Assembly: GCA_017654855.1 (NCBI GenBank)
Contig: JAFMPO010000001.1
Span: 372,001-436,000 of the forward strand
Direction of reading: 5' to 3'
Length of the DNA stretch: 64,000 bases
Source of the DNA: Podospora anserina
Lineage: Eukaryota
The notes under the pieces were generated by a model. The model saw only the letters and a program-made list of their open reading frames with translations, was not told where the DNA came from and ran no database searches. Positions 60,870 to 64,000 of the stretch are shown here, in pieces. The first letter of the stretch is position 1. The number at the start of each line of letters is the position of its first letter. The position numbers were made by a program, and so were the translations under genes.

Positions 60870-61742
60870 ATGCCTTTTCCTGTGAGTGCCCCAGTGCTCG
60901 CCCAACCAATTCGCACACGTTTAGCCCACAGCAGGGCTTTTCCAGCAAGCCCAAACAAACCTAAGCATCTTTGCTAACGACGTCATGTTCAAGACTCCTG
61001 TTCGCCGTGCGGCCTACCCCGAGTACAAGAGCCCCTATGGCCCTAAGTAAGCCACGACCGATACCAGCCTCTCCCCACGATGTTCAGATCCTCCCGACAG
61101 TAATCATGCATTGGAGGACGCCCGACCAGCCATGCCGAAGAAGCGAAGATTTATCTGCGTCAGATCAGGCGCTGACTCTATGTTCCCAGGTACCAATTCC
61201 AGCCCCATGTTGGCACCATCACCGCCAAGACTGTGACCAACCTGTAAGTCGCAAATCATTATAGGAGGCTTCTCTGGAGGGGGGGCGGTGGTTCAGAGGG
61301 CGATTTGGAAGGATATGGTTGGATGGGCGGTGATGTTTGGCTTCTCCCTCAAAGCTCAAGAAGGGATAATGGACTTAGGGTAGCGGATTTTTTTGTTTGG
61401 AGTTGGAGATATTGTCTTGTTGGACAGGAGATCAGATGCTGAGCAAAATGATACTAACCCGTTACAGTGGTGTCAAGGCCGGCCTTTTCGGCGGCGTTGC
61501 CCTGTTCACTGTCATTTTCTTCACCTCCGGCGTTCCCAAGGTCTACAACGATGTTCTCGGCGTACGTTCCCGCCCCTTCAACAGACGTCTTGAACCACTA
61601 CTTACTAACGGGCACAGAACATCCCTGTCGTTGGTGCTTCTCTCCAAAACTTCTTCACCAAGAAGGTCCACCCCGCCGACAACGTGAGTTACCTGATTCC
61701 CTGGTGACCTTTTCATGTTTCTGACCTTTCTAGCCGTTCTAA
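60870..61742 (+). CDS. QCR10: Cytochrome bc1 complex subunit 10 (6 small exons)
   Basis: Spliced MPFP/TPVRRAAYPEYKSPYGPK/YQFQPHVGTITAKTVTN/GVKAGLFGGVALFTVIFFTSGVPKVYNDVLG/NIPVVG...KVHPADN/PF*. Confidence 0.9.
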
Positions 61743-62096
61743 ATCAATTTTTGGAATCGTATGACGGGCTGTGGTTTTGGCGCTGGGTGTAGCGGGTTTA
61801 ATGGGCATTTTGACGCCGCCTCCTGTGATTTCGAGGCTTGTAAAAATGAAAAAATTCTATAGACATCATTCATCAAAAATTCCCAGGCTCAAATATCCAT
61901 CTCTACGAACTGGAAGGTAGGGATCTGTTTTCTACCGTGAAGTGAGTCTCTGTGGTGCATCTCACTCTCACTCTTCAACGCACGGACCCTGTGGGCCAGG
62001 GGACAGTTGTAAGATGGCCAAAAGAGAGGCTTCTAATTTCTCAACACATCAACCCTTGAACAAGCACATGCTCGCAGCAAACACCTTGTCGATGTC

Positions 62097-64000
62097 ATGG
62101 TTGGCTCTTTACAAGATCTACTTCTGGCTTTTGTCAATGATGCGCAGAGAAATCTGAAGGATGCTTTCGATATTTGGGCTCAGAGCTTACGCGCCCAAGC
62201 TCTGGTGACAGTCATTCTTACATCAACATCTCTAGCATGGATCATCTGCCCACCAGTAAGGACTTCAGCATCGCCTTCACAAATAAAATCGCCATGGGTC
62301 TCATATGCTCTCGTCAGCACTTCATTATTTCTGCTCAGCCTATCTGGTGGAGCTTGGACGCTCCTGGTCAATCGCTATGTTCCAGAACCGTATCTTGTAA
62401 GTCGGGTTAGCCAGCCCCTGATGATTTGGGGTGCTAACGTGTCATAGGACGAGTTCTTCCATATACCCCAAGCACAAGTATACTGCGAAGGGAGATACCG
62501 GCAGTGGGATGACAAGATCACTACCCCTCCCGGCCTGTACGGTTTTTACCTATTGCCCCTTTTCCTCATTTCATGCCCGCTAATTCAGGGGTGACTATCA
62601 GCTACCTCTTTTCCGTGATATACAACAAGATAACAACGCTCACATGTGAAACCTCGACCTTGCGTTTCCACAATCTCTCGGTTGTTCTAGTAATTGTTGC
62701 TGCTGCAGCGCAATGCCGCAATCTGATCGAAAGGAGGCAGGCTGAGCGGGTCGGCAAGGTTGCTTCAACAAACCTGTCCCTATACTCGTTTCACACGGCC
62801 ATCAACACCGCCTTGATGCCAGTTGTCTTTTTCTTCTCGGGTCTCTACTACACTGATCCCCTGTCGACCTTGGCGGTGCTTCTCTCTTACCGACACCATC
62901 TGCAACGAGTCGGACCGGAGCGACCAGGTCTTCTGAGTGATGTGTGGACTGTCATCCTGGGTGTGGCTGCCCTCTTCATGCGCCAGACCAATGTCTTCTG
63001 GGTTGTCGTCTATATGGGCGGCTTGGAGGCTGTTTACACTCTGCGGTCTGTCAAGCCAGGTGCTCAAGAGTTTCTCACTACACTTCATGACCCGCCACTG
63101 AGCAACTCAGGGCCTGATGGTAAGTTTTCTTGTCAGTACGTTGATGCGGTTATGCATAGGCTGACTTTTTAGACTGGTTCTTTTGTCTCCTCACCATTGC
63201 TGTAACTTCTCTCTGCAACCCGGTCAAGGTCCTGCGCCAGATATGGCCTCACCTTACTATTCTCGGTCTATTCGCTGGCTTTGTAGCCTGGAACGAAGGC
63301 GTTGTCCTTGGTAGGTTCACCTTTGCTTTGTTCTTCTCACGGGCCGCTACTAACGTTGCTTCAGGGGATAAATCTAACCACATCGCAACCATTCACCTCT
63401 CTCAGATGCTCTACATCTGGCCTTTCTTCGCCTTCTTTTCCCTGCCCCTATTCGTCCCTTCCATTCTTGGGTTCATCACACGCCCTCTGCAAACTATCCA
63501 CTCACTCATTCTCCGCCCCAACGCCCTGTTCACCATCCCCTGGGCCTTCCTCACCGCCCTCCTATCCGCAGCAGTAGTCAGGTACAACACCATCATCCAC
63601 CCCTTCACCCTCGCAGACAACAGGCACTACATGTTCTACATCTTCCGGTACACCATCCTCCGCTCCCCGCTCATCCGCCTCCTGCTGGTGATCCCCTACA
63701 CCGTAGCAAGATGGCTCGTATGGGGAAGCCTGTCCACCAGCACCCCATCAACAACCCAGCCCTCAGGGCCAAAACCACGGACTGCTCCTGCCCAGCCAAA
63801 GGCAGCTCCTGAGAGCGATGGGCAATTGACCCTGCTCGACTCCCCCTCTTCAGTCTCAGACATCACCCCCACCACATCAACGGCCATCCTCTGGCTTCTG
63901 ACCACCGCCCTCTCTCTGGTTACCGCCCCGCTAGTTGAACCCAGGTATTTTATTCTGCCCTGGGTATTCTACCGGCTGCTGGTGCCTTCCTGGTCTTTTG
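62097..64000 (+). CDS. ALG10: Dol-P-Glc alpha-1,2-glucosyltransferase Alg10/Die2 (runs off window)
   Basis: [65 protein letters not shown] and [10 protein letters not shown]. Confidence 0.95.

Noticed and set aside
1..64000. CRISPR arrays, rRNA, intact transposase or tyrosine-recombinase captain gene
   Set aside because: None seen; the DNA is eukaryotic and only decayed mobile relics are present.

Overview
Filamentous-ascomycete genomic DNA with spliceosomal introns, RIP-like decay and a HET-E-type WD40 relic. This points to Sordariales, possibly Podospora (inferred). Two conserved housekeeping blocks flank the window. Left (~5-15 kb): nuo20.8/NDUFA8, NUP57, TOM5, GCV2, SQT1. Right (~55-64 kb): LCP5, EMP70/TMN, MED4, QCR10, ALG10. 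The ~40 kb between them is accessory-like. It holds a secreted protein with nine Cys-rich CG[DN]G repeats, tRNA-Ala(AGC), a histidine phosphatase, an intact but apparently catalytically dead AlkB-family protein, an ADH, an RRM protein and con-10. A RIP-mutated mosaic follows (NLR WD40 relic, candidate solo LTR, chromodomain gene relic, hydrolase/MFS fragments). After it come a pseudokinase, a divergent DUF2841 gene, a HET-domain gene, an orphan UstYa oxidase, an ankyrin-like/ClpB-type AAA+ ATPase and an FMO-like pseudogene. All family calls come from motifs recognised by eye, not database searches, and exon boundaries are manual.
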